The notes below the pieces were generated by a model that saw only the letters and a list, made by a program, of their open reading frames with translations, searched no databases and was not told the origin of the DNA. Shown one piece after another: positions 1-9,161 of a stretch of 64,000 bases of DNA. This DNA is from an uncultured archaeon (GTDB taxonomy: Archaea; Aenigmatarchaeota; Aenigmatarchaeia; Aenigmatarchaeales; Aenigmatarchaeaceae): NCBI GenBank assembly GCA_964353745.1, contig CAYGWD010000001.1, forward strand, positions 3,440-67,439, read 5' to 3'. Within the stretch, counting starts at the first letter, position 1, and each line of letters starts with the position of its first letter. Made by a program: the position numbers and the translations under genes.

Positions 1-97
1 CTTTATCAAGAACACTGGACACCTTTCTCTCACTCATTCTAATTCTTGGTAAAGTAAATGTTTAAATGTTTTAGTGTTCTATTTATTTTAGATATTT

Positions 98-409
98 ATG
101 CCAGCAGGAAATACTTTTCCAAATTCTGCTTTAGAAGGTTTAAAACCTAAGCCAAATGTAATCTATATTCCTAAAAAGGAGGATGAATATTCTGCAAAAT
201 CAATACAACATGATAATGTTACGCATTCTGTTTCTATGGCATATTTAGGATATGGTGGTAGAGTTCCAGTAAAAGATGTTGTTAGGTCTCATGTAAATGA
301 AGTTTTTGATGAAATGAGAAAAAATGGCTATAAATCACCATTAGTTTGCCTTGTAGAAAGTGCTATGTGGTCAGATACTCTTATGACTCACCATGAAGAA
401 AGTTGTTAA
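98..409 (+). CDS. hypothetical protein (103 aa)
   Basis: ATG ORF with a TTTAAA box ~30 nt upstream; no recognisable motif. Confidence 0.55.
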   Translation: MPAGNTFPNSALEGLKPKPNVIYIPKKEDEYSAKSIQHDNVTHSVSMAYLGYGGRVPVKDVVRSHVNEVFDEMRKNGYKSPLVCLVESAMWSDTLMTHHEESC

Positions 410-447
410 AAATCATTCTTAGTATCTTTATTAATTATCTATTCTGT

Positions 448-512
448 GTCGCCCTCCCCGTCATCGGTGAATAGCATGAACTGTGCGGAGGGCAGGATTT
501 GAACCAGCGCAC
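448..512 (-). repeat. tRNA-Leu-like 3'-end repeat, copy 1
   Basis: Minus strand reads GCGCTGGTTCAAATCCTGCCCTCCGCA (T-arm plus acceptor 3' strand), followed by a trailer ending GGAGGGCG; ~50/65 identical to 5405..5468. Confidence 0.75.
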
Positions 513-579
513 ACGGTTTTCACAAACAATTTTTTATTATTCTTTTTATTTAGGGGAACAAATAATAATATGTGATCAG

Positions 580-1164
580 ATGAGGATGAAACTTGTTTTC
601 CCGTTGGTAGCAGTTTTCGCGGTCATAGCTTTAGCCATATTCAGCTATATGGACGAGACATTGCTAGGGATAATAATAGCCGTTGTGATGTTCGTATGGC
701 CGATACTGTTCTTTATTTTAACAAAGTTCATTGAGAACCGCGGCTCTGGGGCAAAGGAAGATAAGAGAGATTTGAAACAGGACATTATTGATGGAGTAGA
801 AGGAGATTCAAAACCTTCAAAAGAAGTTGAGAAAGAAGAATTTATTGTACCACAGAAAAAGGACGCCAACATAGGAATCGCAAAAGAAGAGTTGGAGAAA
901 TTGAAAGGGGCCTCAGATTTGTTGGACGAGGAAAAGAAGGATGGGATGTTGTCTGAGGACGCTTACAACGAAATGAAAAAGCAGAGCAAGGAAGCAATAG
1001 AAAAATTAGAAGAGGAGATAGCAAAGGCCTCTGGAGAGACTGGGGACAAGAAAGTTTATTGCAAAAAAGGCAAGCACTACATTTCTGTGAGGGATTGCCT
1101 ACCTTCGAAAATAGATGGCTATGTCATCTGCCAGGAGCACAACGAAGAGATAAGGGCTGAATAG
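580..1164 (+). CDS. membrane-anchored hypothetical protein with coiled coil and Cys/His-rich C-terminus
   Basis: Two N-terminal hydrophobic helices, acidic coiled region, CKKGKH..C..CQEH tail; ATG 580 is a more likely start than TTG 499. Confidence 0.7.
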   Translation: MRMKLVFPLVAVFAVIALAIFSYMDETLLGIIIAVVMFVWPILFFILTKFIENRGSGAKEDKRDLKQDIIDGVEGDSKPSKEVEKEEFIVPQKKDANIGIAKEELEKLKGASDLLDEEKKDGMLSEDAYNEMKKQSKEAIEKLEEEIAKASGETGDKKVYCKKGKHYISVRDCLPSKIDGYVICQEHNEEIRAE

Positions 1165-1165
1165 G

Positions 1166-1585
1166 TCAGCATTTTATAGCCAAGCCATGTCTTTTAGTTC
1201 GTTCCACTTCACTTTTAGGATGTAATTCGTTTCCTCTTGGTTCATGAAGTTCACAAATTTTGCATACTGAAGTTCCTATCTCGAACTCACTTTTAAATCT
1301 TTCTCTGCCTGCTTCGCTTATAGTTTTTTTCTTATAACCTGTGAAATGGCAAAGAACTGCCACTTGTTGTGGGTTATATTCATCACGCATGAAATGCATC
1401 TCAGCATAATTTATAGGAAAAATCCCTGACTTTCTTACCTTTTCATTTTCACAAGCATAAACCTCGAAAAAATTACTCTCGCTTAAAGCTTGACATGATG
1501 GTAACATCATTAAAATTATGTCGGATGCAGCTCCAGCCCCAACAGCATATGCACAATTTCCCCATGTTTGTTCCTGTTTAGTCAT
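1166..1585 (-). CDS. hypothetical Cys-rich protein
   Basis: 139-aa ORF, GGTGA SD-like motif before ATG, CKICELH motif. Confidence 0.6.
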   Translation of the reverse strand: MTKQEQTWGNCAYAVGAGAASDIILMMLPSCQALSESNFFEVYACENEKVRKSGIFPINYAEMHFMRDEYNPQQVAVLCHFTGYKKKTISEAGRERFKSEFEIGTSVCKICELHEPRGNELHPKSEVERTKRHGLAIKC

Positions 1586-1658
1586 TTCACCACAACTCTA
1601 AATAGAAAGATAAAAAATTTAAACTCATTGCCTCTCTACCGTCAAACTATGAAAAGCG

Positions 1659-1964
1659 TTAATATTCTTTTATTTTTGCATGCGCTTTAGAAAAACTGGT
1701 AGTAACCGCCATGTCGGTCATTCTCCTTCTGTAACACGGATCATTCTGTAATCTTCCAAGAATTCCTACGTTAATATCAAAACGTTCTCTATGAAGTTCC
1801 CGTCTTTCTCCGTGCCTCAGCGCCTGTTCTTGCAAGTTCATTCTGTACCTCCACGACCTCCTAAAAGGTATATTTAATTCCACTGCAGGTGTTACTTTGA
1901 GCCTCTTTGCAGGTAGTTTAACTTCATAACTTGCATCTTCAGTCCATGGAATTTCAACAGACAT
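1659..1964 (-). CDS. hypothetical protein
   Basis: ORF 1659..2036; probable start MSVEIPW at 1964. Confidence 0.45.
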   Translation of the reverse strand: MSVEIPWTEDASYEVKLPAKRLKVTPAVELNIPFRRSWRYRMNLQEQALRHGERRELHRERFDINVGILGRLQNDPCYRRRMTDMAVTTSFSKAHAKIKEY

Positions 1965-2032
1965 AAAAACACTATTAAAGATATAGTTAGAAGAAATATA
2001 AATCCTTATAGAAAGATTAGCTTTGTTCAAGC

Positions 2033-3055
2033 TCATGCATTAAGACTTTTTTGTTTCTCTGTGAGCTTGTTTATTTGTTCTTTTAGTTCTTTTTCTATAC
2101 TAACTCTCTCTTCTTCAAAGTCTATCCTGCTTATCGCATAGTGCGGGTTCCAATTACAATGGCATAAATCAGTTATGCCATATAGAATTCCTTTTCTTCC
2201 TTCCTCGATAAGGTTTTTAATTATGTCCTTTCTTTTGGTCTGGTCTCTAGGGAAGTTCTCCGTTCTTCTGTATTCAGGTTTCCATCCTCTCCTAGCGATC
2301 AAGAGTTCTATTTTTGACAGGTTGCTGTTTTCAAAGTCTTTTTCTAAGGTCTTTTTTTGTTTTTCCAGCCAGATTTCCGGCAACCAATCGGCAACAGGTT
2401 TTGGAACATCTAAAATAGAGATGGTCTCGCACCCTTGCTCGCCCCTATCCTCTGCATATCTTATATTGTCTATGAACATCTGGGATTTTGGAACCTTTTC
2501 CAGAGATGTAATAATCCTTTCGTATTGTTTGTCAAAACATACTGCTTGCTCTTCTAGAATTTTTTTCTGTGTCTCCAGTTCCTTTGTGTCTGTCCTGTCA
2601 AATCTTACTAGGACCTCGTCGCCGGTATAATGAGTTGAAACATAACCTTTTTCTTCCAAATCTCTTACATAATCTCTTGCTCTGCCGAAATTAACTGTCT
2701 GAATGTTGCCTATGAATTTTAAAAGTTTTATTTGTTTGTCCAGAGTCTCTGTCATTCTTTTTCTGTCGTATACATCAATCTCTGCACTGCTTTCACCATG
2801 AATTAGATCAAATACTGTACAAGCCTCTAATGGAAGCGTATTTGACTTTTCCAAAACATCTGCCATCAGGTTCCTGGCGTGAAACGCAGACACGTCACCA
2901 TCGAAGCTATAAACTATTTTAGGTCTCGTCTCGTGTTCAACAATTTTAGCAGTAGCATTTTCCATTTTCCCGACTATTTTTTGATAGTCCTCAAGCTGTT
3001 CTTTGATGCTTTCCATCAAATATGTCAGCTCTATCTGAGGTTTAGAATTTTTCAT
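2033..3055 (-). CDS. hypothetical coiled-coil-rich protein (340 aa)
   Basis: Long Glu/Lys-rich ORF with TATA-like box upstream; no family recognised. Confidence 0.7.
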   Translation of the reverse strand: MKNSKPQIELTYLMESIKEQLEDYQKIVGKMENATAKIVEHETRPKIVYSFDGDVSAFHARNLMADVLEKSNTLPLEACTVFDLIHGESSAEIDVYDRKRMTETLDKQIKLLKFIGNIQTVNFGRARDYVRDLEEKGYVSTHYTGDEVLVRFDRTDTKELETQKKILEEQAVCFDKQYERIITSLEKVPKSQMFIDNIRYAEDRGEQGCETISILDVPKPVADWLPEIWLEKQKKTLEKDFENSNLSKIELLIARRGWKPEYRRTENFPRDQTKRKDIIKNLIEEGRKGILYGITDLCHCNWNPHYAISRIDFEEERVSIEKELKEQINKLTEKQKSLNA

Positions 3056-3111
3056 TATTATCGTATTTTAATACGAAACTTAAAGATTTAAACTTGATTA
3101 GAAACTATCCT

Positions 3112-3140
3112 ATAATTTTATTATGGAGCAATAAGATTAT
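3112..3140. promoter_or_regulatory. 11-7-11 inverted repeat, site A
   Basis: ATAATTTTATT-ATGGAGC-AATAAGATTAT; similar to 3539..3567. Confidence 0.45.
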
Positions 3141-3211
3141 GATTTGTCAACTATATCCAATATTTTTTCATTTCTTATATAATTACTAAAATAATATTAA
3201 TTTTTTAATCC

Positions 3212-3505
3212 CTAAGATCTTTTCGTGTGATAATTGTATAATGCTTCTTCGCCTAATCCTGTAATATAAATACCAAATGAATTTTCAACAATATAATTAG
3301 CATGCGTTAACCTCAGTAAGAAACCTGCATCAGTTTTTCCTCTTGAACCTGAAACTTTGTGCAGCTTACTTCTTGAAGATCTTGAAGGTTCGTAGATTTT
3401 TCTGCGCTCTTGCAGATGTTCCAATATCCTTACCTCTGTCTTGAACAACCTATCAGGTCTGTATGTGCTTGTCGGTTCGTTGGAAGTACCGTCAACCCAT
3501 ACCAT
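3212..3505 (-). CDS. small winged-helix-like protein
   Basis: 97 aa; EVRILEHL...FLLRLTHANYIVENSFGIYITGLGEEAL fits a wHTH wing and final helix. Confidence 0.5.
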   Translation of the reverse strand: MVWVDGTSNEPTSTYRPDRLFKTEVRILEHLQERRKIYEPSRSSRSKLHKVSGSRGKTDAGFLLRLTHANYIVENSFGIYITGLGEEALYNYHTKRS

Positions 3506-3538
3506 ATCAAATATATCAATAAATAGAAATTTAAATCT

Positions 3539-3567
3539 GTAATCTTATTACCCAGCAATAAGACTAT
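3539..3567. promoter_or_regulatory. 11-7-11 inverted repeat, site B
   Basis: GTAATCTTATT-ACCCAGC-AATAAGACTAT next to the TATA-like box of 3212..3505. Confidence 0.45.
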
Positions 3568-3728
3568 CCTATAATTGTTCTCTATGTTTTTTAACTTTCT
3601 CAGATAATGTGTAGGCTTTCTTTGCTACCTTGTTCTTCTTCCTTAGAGATTTGATGCCAACCCAACCAATCAGAGCGTTTGTCTTACTGTTAGTGAAAAC
3701 CTTATTTTAATACCACCAATAATTAAGT

Positions 3729-4895
3729 ATGTCAATAGAAGTTTTATCATCCATATTTCTGGCAGCATCATTGTTCAGCCTTTTCTATGCCCTTAACTTT
3801 AAGAAACCTAGTCCACCAAAAGAACCAAAAGTCTTGCCAAAGGTCAGCGTCATGACATATGCCTACATCAACGACTGGGCAGGAAATGTGATAAAGAGGA
3901 AGATAGAAAACTTCCTTGATCTGAATTATCCGAAAGACAAGTATGAGATAATAGTTTATGACAACGGGTCGACTGGCAGAACTTTAAAGATATGCAAGGA
4001 ATACGCAAAGAAAGGTCTGATAAAGCATTACAGAAGCGACAAGGGTTACAACAGAAAGGGTTTGGTCCTTGACGACGTGATAAGGGATGTCGCCAAAGGA
4101 GATATAATCGCTCTTACTGATCCTGATGGAATATGCGAAAGGGACTGGCTGATGAAACATGTCTGCAACCTGATGAGCAGCAAAAAAATCGGAGCTTCCA
4201 TAGGAATGGTTTTCTGCGGCAACTGGTACAAAAACTTTTTCACTAGGATGAGAGCAATCGAGGATGTTTGGATGATTGATGTCGCATCCTTGGGAAGAAT
4301 AAGTGATGTGCAATTCATTTGCGGTGCCAACTATTCCTTTAAGAGAAAGGCATGGAAGGATGCCGGTGGTCATGGCAAAACACTTATCGAGGACGCAGAA
4401 ATAGCTAACAGGCTGCAGAAAGGCGGATGGAGGATAGCTGTTACTGATGCTGCCGTATGGCAAGAGGAAGTAGAGGACATATATGATTTTTTCATACAGA
4501 GATTGAGATGGTACAGCACTCCTATGGGTATTATCTTTCGCGAGAAGAAAACTATTTCAACAATCTTGTCTATCAGCCCTTGGTCGATACAGACTGTAAG
4601 TCTGTTCTCGCTGATTGCCTTTATTTTTGCAAATAACTTGCCATTGCGCATCTTCTCTCTGGCTCCATTTTTAATCTCAATCCTAGCTCTTGTCATAGGA
4701 CTGGTCAAAATGAAAGAGAAAAAGTTCATTCCGTTCATACTGCCCTACTTGACCTTTGATGCCGCAGTGTCTCTTATCTGTTTTATAGCGGCAAAAATTC
4801 TAAACATACTAAAGAAAGAGGTCAGATGGGAAAGGCTATCAAAGTGCAGATACTATCACAACGGAACCAAAATAAAAATTAATAGTGGCTATTAG
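3729..4895 (+). CDS. processive-type GT2 glycosyltransferase (cellulose synthase/IcaA-like)
   Basis: DNGS, TDPD, IED and QRLRW (QxxRW) motifs; N- and C-terminal TM helices. Confidence 0.85.
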   Translation: MSIEVLSSIFLAASLFSLFYALNFKKPSPPKEPKVLPKVSVMTYAYINDWAGNVIKRKIENFLDLNYPKDKYEIIVYDNGSTGRTLKICKEYAKKGLIKHYRSDKGYNRKGLVLDDVIRDVAKGDIIALTDPDGICERDWLMKHVCNLMSSKKIGASIGMVFCGNWYKNFFTRMRAIEDVWMIDVASLGRISDVQFICGANYSFKRKAWKDAGGHGKTLIEDAEIANRLQKGGWRIAVTDAAVWQEEVEDIYDFFIQRLRWYSTPMGIIFREKKTISTILSISPWSIQTVSLFSLIAFIFANNLPLRIFSLAPFLISILALVIGLVKMKEKKFIPFILPYLTFDAAVSLICFIAAKILNILKKEVRWERLSKCRYYHNGTKIKINSGY

Positions 4896-4945
4896 GAAGC
4901 TTTATCAAGAATATCTTTTGGCATTATAATCATTTTACGATTCTT

Positions 4946-5368
4946 CTATTTTACTGGTTCATCAAAAGTCTCTAAAACACTCTCAACATTTCTCAATATG
5001 TCTTTAAATTGTTGGGTTGACTCTTTACCTATTATTTCACCGCTTTCTAAACCAGTATAAACTTTTACACATTGACTCCAAACATTCACTTCGACATTTT
5101 TTAGAATAGGTATTTTAACTTCAACAACATCAATATCTTTCTTTTTAACTTTTCCTCTATAAGATTCTGATAATTTAGTATATATTTTTTCTATTAAAGT
5201 TTGTCGCCTTTCTTCGCTCAAATCTTCACATGGTATAGGAAATCTACTTTTTTCAGTAGGTATTCTTTTTAAACGATTATACCTTACAGATCCTTCTAAA
5301 CCTATATCATTATCAACGAAGTATTTTCCAGCTATCTGAAAACAACTGTCAGAAAGTATTTTTGACAT
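4946..5368 (-). CDS. hypothetical protein (140 aa)
   Basis: ATG ORF with TTTAAA upstream. Confidence 0.6.
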   Translation of the reverse strand: MSKILSDSCFQIAGKYFVDNDIGLEGSVRYNRLKRIPTEKSRFPIPCEDLSEERRQTLIEKIYTKLSESYRGKVKKKDIDVVEVKIPILKNVEVNVWSQCVKVYTGLESGEIIGKESTQQFKDILRNVESVLETFDEPVK

Positions 5369-5404
5369 GTTATTATAGAGGATAGTAAATTTTAAATGCT
5401 TATT

Positions 5405-5468
5405 GCCGCCCTCACGTCTGCTGTGAAGAACATCCTATGTGTGGAGGGCAGGATTTGAACTAGCGAAC
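5405..5468 (-). repeat. tRNA-Leu-like 3'-end repeat, copy 2
   Basis: Minus strand GTTCGCTAGTTCAAATCCTGCCCTCCACA...GAGGGCGGC, starting right after the EamA stop codon. Confidence 0.75.
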
Positions 5469-5469
5469 A

Positions 5470-5901
5470 TCAACCTAACGCTACTAGAATAGCACCAACA
5501 ACCATCAAAGCAGTTCCTATCGCTATCTTCAAGCTAACCTTCTCTCCAAGTATGAGGAAAGCTAGGATTATGACAAAAACTATGCTCAGTCTATCTATGG
5601 GAGCAACCTGCGATGCTTTGCCAATCTTTAGAGCAAGAAAATAAAACAGCCACGACAACGCTCCTGCTATGCCACTTAAAAATATATAAGACAGTGCTTT
5701 GGAATTGGAAAATATTGTTGTCATATTCTCTATTTTTCCTGTAAATGCTATAACCATAACAAGAAACCCAAACATTATGCCTGCTCTTATCATAGTAGCC
5801 GCGTTAGCATCGATTCCTTCCAAACCGATTTTACCGAATATCGCCACCAATGCAGCCATAGCTGCCGACAATATAGCAAATATCAACCAAGTGTAATCCA
5901 T
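5470..5901 (-). CDS. EamA/DMT family transporter (single domain)
   Basis: About five TM helices; LSWLFYFLALKIGKASQVAPIDRLS and LGEKVS motifs. Confidence 0.9.
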   Translation of the reverse strand: MDYTWLIFAILSAAMAALVAIFGKIGLEGIDANAATMIRAGIMFGFLVMVIAFTGKIENMTTIFSNSKALSYIFLSGIAGALSWLFYFLALKIGKASQVAPIDRLSIVFVIILAFLILGEKVSLKIAIGTALMVVGAILVALG

Positions 5902-5905
5902 ATCA

Positions 5906-7192
5906 TCATTTTATTTTCTCTAGTTTCTTGATGCCGTTCATGTAGGGCCAGAGTGTTTTCGGAATTAGCACGGTTCCGTCTTTCTGTTGGCATTGCTCTA
6001 TCAAAGCTACCATTGTCCTTGACGTCGCTATGGCAGTATTATTCAATGTGTGGACAAATCCTTTTGGAGCCTGACCTTCCTTATCCCTGTATCTTAAATT
6101 CAATCTTCTAGCCTGATAGTCTATGCAATTGGAGTTCGAACCTACCTCACGATAAACTCCGTCAGACATCCACAACTCAACATCATAAGTCTTCGATGAG
6201 ACGACGCCAGTCTCGCCTGAGCATAAAACTATTGTTCTGAAGTGCAGGCCTAGATTCTTGTATAGCTCCTCGGAATTCTTTTGCAACTCCTCATGACAGT
6301 CCCAGGAATCTTCAGGCAGGCAGAAGATGAACTGCTCTACCTTGTTGAACTGGTGCATTCTGAACAATCCCTTGGTGTATTTGCCATGAGCTCCTACCTC
6401 TTTCCTGAAGTTAGTCGAGAAGCCGACAATCTTCAGAGGCAAATCTTTTTTATTCAAGACCTCGTCCTTGAGCATGGCTCCTATCGGATGCTCTGCTGTT
6501 GCAACCATGTATGCATCCTCGTTCTCAATCTTATACATCACGTTCTCAAAATCAGACAGATCAACCATGCCGCTATAAGGCTCTCTTCTGAGCATGTGCG
6601 GCGGGTAAATGAACAAATAACCTTTTTTAATCAAGAGTTCTATTGCATAATTTTGCAGAGCTCTGTCCAGCAACGCCAAAGGACCTTTCAAATAGAAGAA
6701 TCCCCTGCCTATGACCTTCTCTGCTCTTTCATCGTCTATCAATCCAAGATTCTTGAGAATGTCCAAATGGTTCTTTGGCTCGAAATTAAATTTAGGCGGC
6801 TTGCCATACTTTCTTACCTCTACGTTTCCCGTTTCTCCCCTTGCAATAGGAACAGACTCATGGAGTAGGTTGGGCATTCTCATTAAAGAAACATCAATAT
6901 TATCCTTTAGCTTAATAACATCTTCTTCCAATGTATTGATCTTGTTAGGGATTTCCGAAGCTTCCTTGATTTTGTGGGAAGCGTCCTTGCCATCTTTCTT
7001 TAACTTTGCTATCTCCTCTGACACTATATTCCTGTCATGCTTTAACTTCTCCAGCTCTTGTAGCTCTTCTCTATACTTTTTGTCATTGATTACCAATTCC
7101 TTCAGAAGCTTTAACTTCTCTTCGTCTCCTCTCTTCTTTAAGTTCTCTTCAATGATATGAGGGTTTTCCCTTATTATTTTTATGTCAAGCAT
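5906..7192 (-). CDS. serS: seryl-tRNA synthetase
   Basis: MLDIKIIRENP start, coiled-coil arm, ATAEHP, FRKEVG..GLFRMHQFNKVEQF, SNSNC.DYQARRL, HTLNNTAIATSR. Confidence 0.97.
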   Translation of the reverse strand: MLDIKIIRENPHIIEENLKKRGDEEKLKLLKELVINDKKYREELQELEKLKHDRNIVSEEIAKLKKDGKDASHKIKEASEIPNKINTLEEDVIKLKDNIDVSLMRMPNLLHESVPIARGETGNVEVRKYGKPPKFNFEPKNHLDILKNLGLIDDERAEKVIGRGFFYLKGPLALLDRALQNYAIELLIKKGYLFIYPPHMLRREPYSGMVDLSDFENVMYKIENEDAYMVATAEHPIGAMLKDEVLNKKDLPLKIVGFSTNFRKEVGAHGKYTKGLFRMHQFNKVEQFIFCLPEDSWDCHEELQKNSEELYKNLGLHFRTIVLCSGETGVVSSKTYDVELWMSDGVYREVGSNSNCIDYQARRLNLRYRDKEGQAPKGFVHTLNNTAIATSRTMVALIEQCQQKDGTVLIPKTLWPYMNGIKKLEKIK

Positions 7193-7254
7193 CTATTCAC
7201 CTCTTTATATTTTTTAGGTTTGTGTTTAAATCTTTTAGTTTTTATTTAATTTTC

Positions 7255-8064
7255 ATGAAAACGATTGAGCAGCTGATGAAAGATGGCTTGATAAAACAAT
7301 TTGAAAATAATTTTCCAGAGAGCCAATATTCAGCGGTTAGGAAAACATTTGAGGATGAGAAATTTGTAAACAAACACAACGGGCAGATTCCGCTGCTAGA
7401 GACGAGGCGACTCTGTCAGACTGGAAGCTCTAAGGATAGCATCAACCTGCTTGATTTGGGTTGCGGTACTGGCAATCAAATAGAATATTCTACATGGTTA
7501 GAAGGCGAATGGTCGACCGGACTTGATATTTCCAAAAGAATGTTAGAAAAAGCTGCTGATAAACTAAGGGGAACATGGGGTAAATGGAGATATAAGAAAG
7601 CAATTGCACTTGTCCATGCAAACATGAGTGATTCATTAAAAAATGATTTCTATGCACTCTTAGACAAACCTTATCTCGTAGATAGGCTAAGGCCAAAAAA
7701 GGCTGAGAAATTTAAAGCGATTAAAGATAGAAAAATTGCTGAAGTCAAAGAGATATTCAAAGGCAAATCAGGCAAGTACTTTGACATCATAACTTCCAAT
7801 CTTTCATTCCCAATTTATACGCCTCCCGAGAAGATAGAAGGTGTTGTTAAGTTTTACACTGAACGGTTGAAACCTGGCGGTTTGTGGCATATGTCGTATG
7901 CATTCGACCATGAAAATGTAGAAAAAGATAGCATATGGTTCAGCCACGACCCAGAAGCAATAAAAAGAGTCATGGAAGACTACAACATGAAATTGATAAA
8001 AGATAAAAGTAATTGCCTGCATTGTGAAGTATCTGTTGAACAGATTTATAGGTCAGATAATTAA
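7255..8064 (+). CDS. class I SAM-dependent methyltransferase
   Basis: LLDLGCGTG, GLDISKRML, LKPGG. Confidence 0.85.
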   Translation: MKTIEQLMKDGLIKQFENNFPESQYSAVRKTFEDEKFVNKHNGQIPLLETRRLCQTGSSKDSINLLDLGCGTGNQIEYSTWLEGEWSTGLDISKRMLEKAADKLRGTWGKWRYKKAIALVHANMSDSLKNDFYALLDKPYLVDRLRPKKAEKFKAIKDRKIAEVKEIFKGKSGKYFDIITSNLSFPIYTPPEKIEGVVKFYTERLKPGGLWHMSYAFDHENVEKDSIWFSHDPEAIKRVMEDYNMKLIKDKSNCLHCEVSVEQIYRSDN

Positions 8065-8092
8065 AAGGATTGCCTTCGCAAGAAAATTTTTT

Positions 8093-8356
8093 CTATACTA
8101 TGCAACTACCGCAGAAATTATAATAACCACCATAAACAGTTATAGATTTCTCATTCAGTTCCTTTACAGTGCTCCAACCGTAACGAATTGAATAGGCCAA
8201 CCTCGAAATACCATGCTTTGGAAAGCCTTTCTCTTCTAATTCTGTTTTTAATTTGTAGAACTCGCTCATTCCAGACTTGACATCATTCTCGCCTTTTGGG
8301 CGGCAAAGCTTATCATCAACTATTTTTAGTCTTTCACGAATTTCTTTTATCTTCAT
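8093..8356 (-). CDS. hypothetical protein
   Basis: 87-aa ORF ending in CxxC; TATA-like box upstream. Confidence 0.5.
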   Translation of the reverse strand: MKIKEIRERLKIVDDKLCRPKGENDVKSGMSEFYKLKTELEEKGFPKHGISRLAYSIRYGWSTVKELNEKSITVYGGYYNFCGSCIV

Positions 8357-8466
8357 AAATATCCTATAAACGGGAAAAGATTTAAAATTATCTACCCGTA
8401 TGCAGTTAATTTTTTTGTCGAAGTACCTAATAAGTTTTTTAAACTCCGGGGAGATAGTCTTACTTA

Positions 8467-8829
8467 ATGCCTAGAAAAAAAAGTAATGTTGAATTGATTG
8501 AAAAGCTCCCGGTTATAAAAATTACAGCTGGAAACAAAATTAAAGAGGCTCCAACAGAGATAGCCTTTAGTTCAGAGAGTCTAGATTACGGAATAACGGG
8601 AGAGATTGACCTATTGCTGGACAGGGAAGGCTATGACTGCAAAAAGCTTAGGCTTACGAGTGTGGAAATTAAAACTCAGGTTGTAGGACATCGCGAAGGT
8701 GGAATATGCATATATGATGGAGAAAAAAGGAAGATTGATTATTCTTTAAAATATGATGGTCGGCTTGATGAGAAAACAAAAAATGGAATAGTGAATATCT
8801 TGAAGAGCGTTCCTAACGTAAAAATATAA
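8467..8829 (+). CDS. hypothetical protein
   Basis: 120-aa ORF with TTTAAA upstream. Confidence 0.55.
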   Translation: MPRKKSNVELIEKLPVIKITAGNKIKEAPTEIAFSSESLDYGITGEIDLLLDREGYDCKKLRLTSVEIKTQVVGHREGGICIYDGEKRKIDYSLKYDGRLDEKTKNGIVNILKSVPNVKI

Positions 8830-8852
8830 AGTTTAGTTTTCTTTCTAGTTTT

Positions 8853-9161
8853 ATGAGGAAGATAAAGGTTTTAAGCGATAGGTTTGTTGAAGTAATGACC
8901 TCTCATGAGATGATAAAAGCATTTGGAGAAAATGTAGCCTATGTAATGAGAAATGGAAATTTGTATGTGAGTGAGGAAAGTATTTTAGATGAAGTTAGAA
9001 AATTTGAAGAGCATTTATCACTCGAAGAGATAGCCGAAGATGTGTATAGAAAAGTAAGATTAGCTGAAGCTAACAGGAGGTATAAAACATCGCACACGCT
9101 CTGGGATGAGGTTAACAGAGCTAAATGCCCACTTAAATTGCTTGGCGAGTTCACCGAGTAA
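8853..9161 (+). CDS. hypothetical protein
   Basis: 102-aa ORF convergent with, and slightly overlapping, tyrS. Confidence 0.5.
   Translation: MRKIKVLSDRFVEVMTSHEMIKAFGENVAYVMRNGNLYVSEESILDEVRKFEEHLSLEEIAEDVYRKVRLAEANRRYKTSHTLWDEVNRAKCPLKLLGEFTE

Noticed and set aside
448..512. Functional tRNA gene or CRISPR repeat
   Set aside because: No D-arm or anticodon arm; only two diverged copies 5 kb apart; no cas genes.
499..579. TTG-started N-terminal extension of ORF 499..1164
   Set aside because: Begins inside the repeat and crosses an AT-rich promoter-like tract; ATG 580 is more plausible.
3134..3161. Archaeal dif site (CTATATCCAAT resembles one arm)
   Set aside because: No matching second arm across a 6-bp spacer.
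3569..3706. Minus-strand open frame (..ALIGWVGIKSLRKK..HREQL*)
   Set aside because: No start codon and no recognisable similarity; at most a gene remnant.
6281..7160. Antisense ORFs over serS, and similar shadow ORFs across the window
   Set aside because: They lie opposite well-supported genes and have no motifs.
98..9161. Prophage or defence island
   Set aside because: No integrase, capsid, terminase or recognisable defence domains; orphans are interleaved with housekeeping genes.
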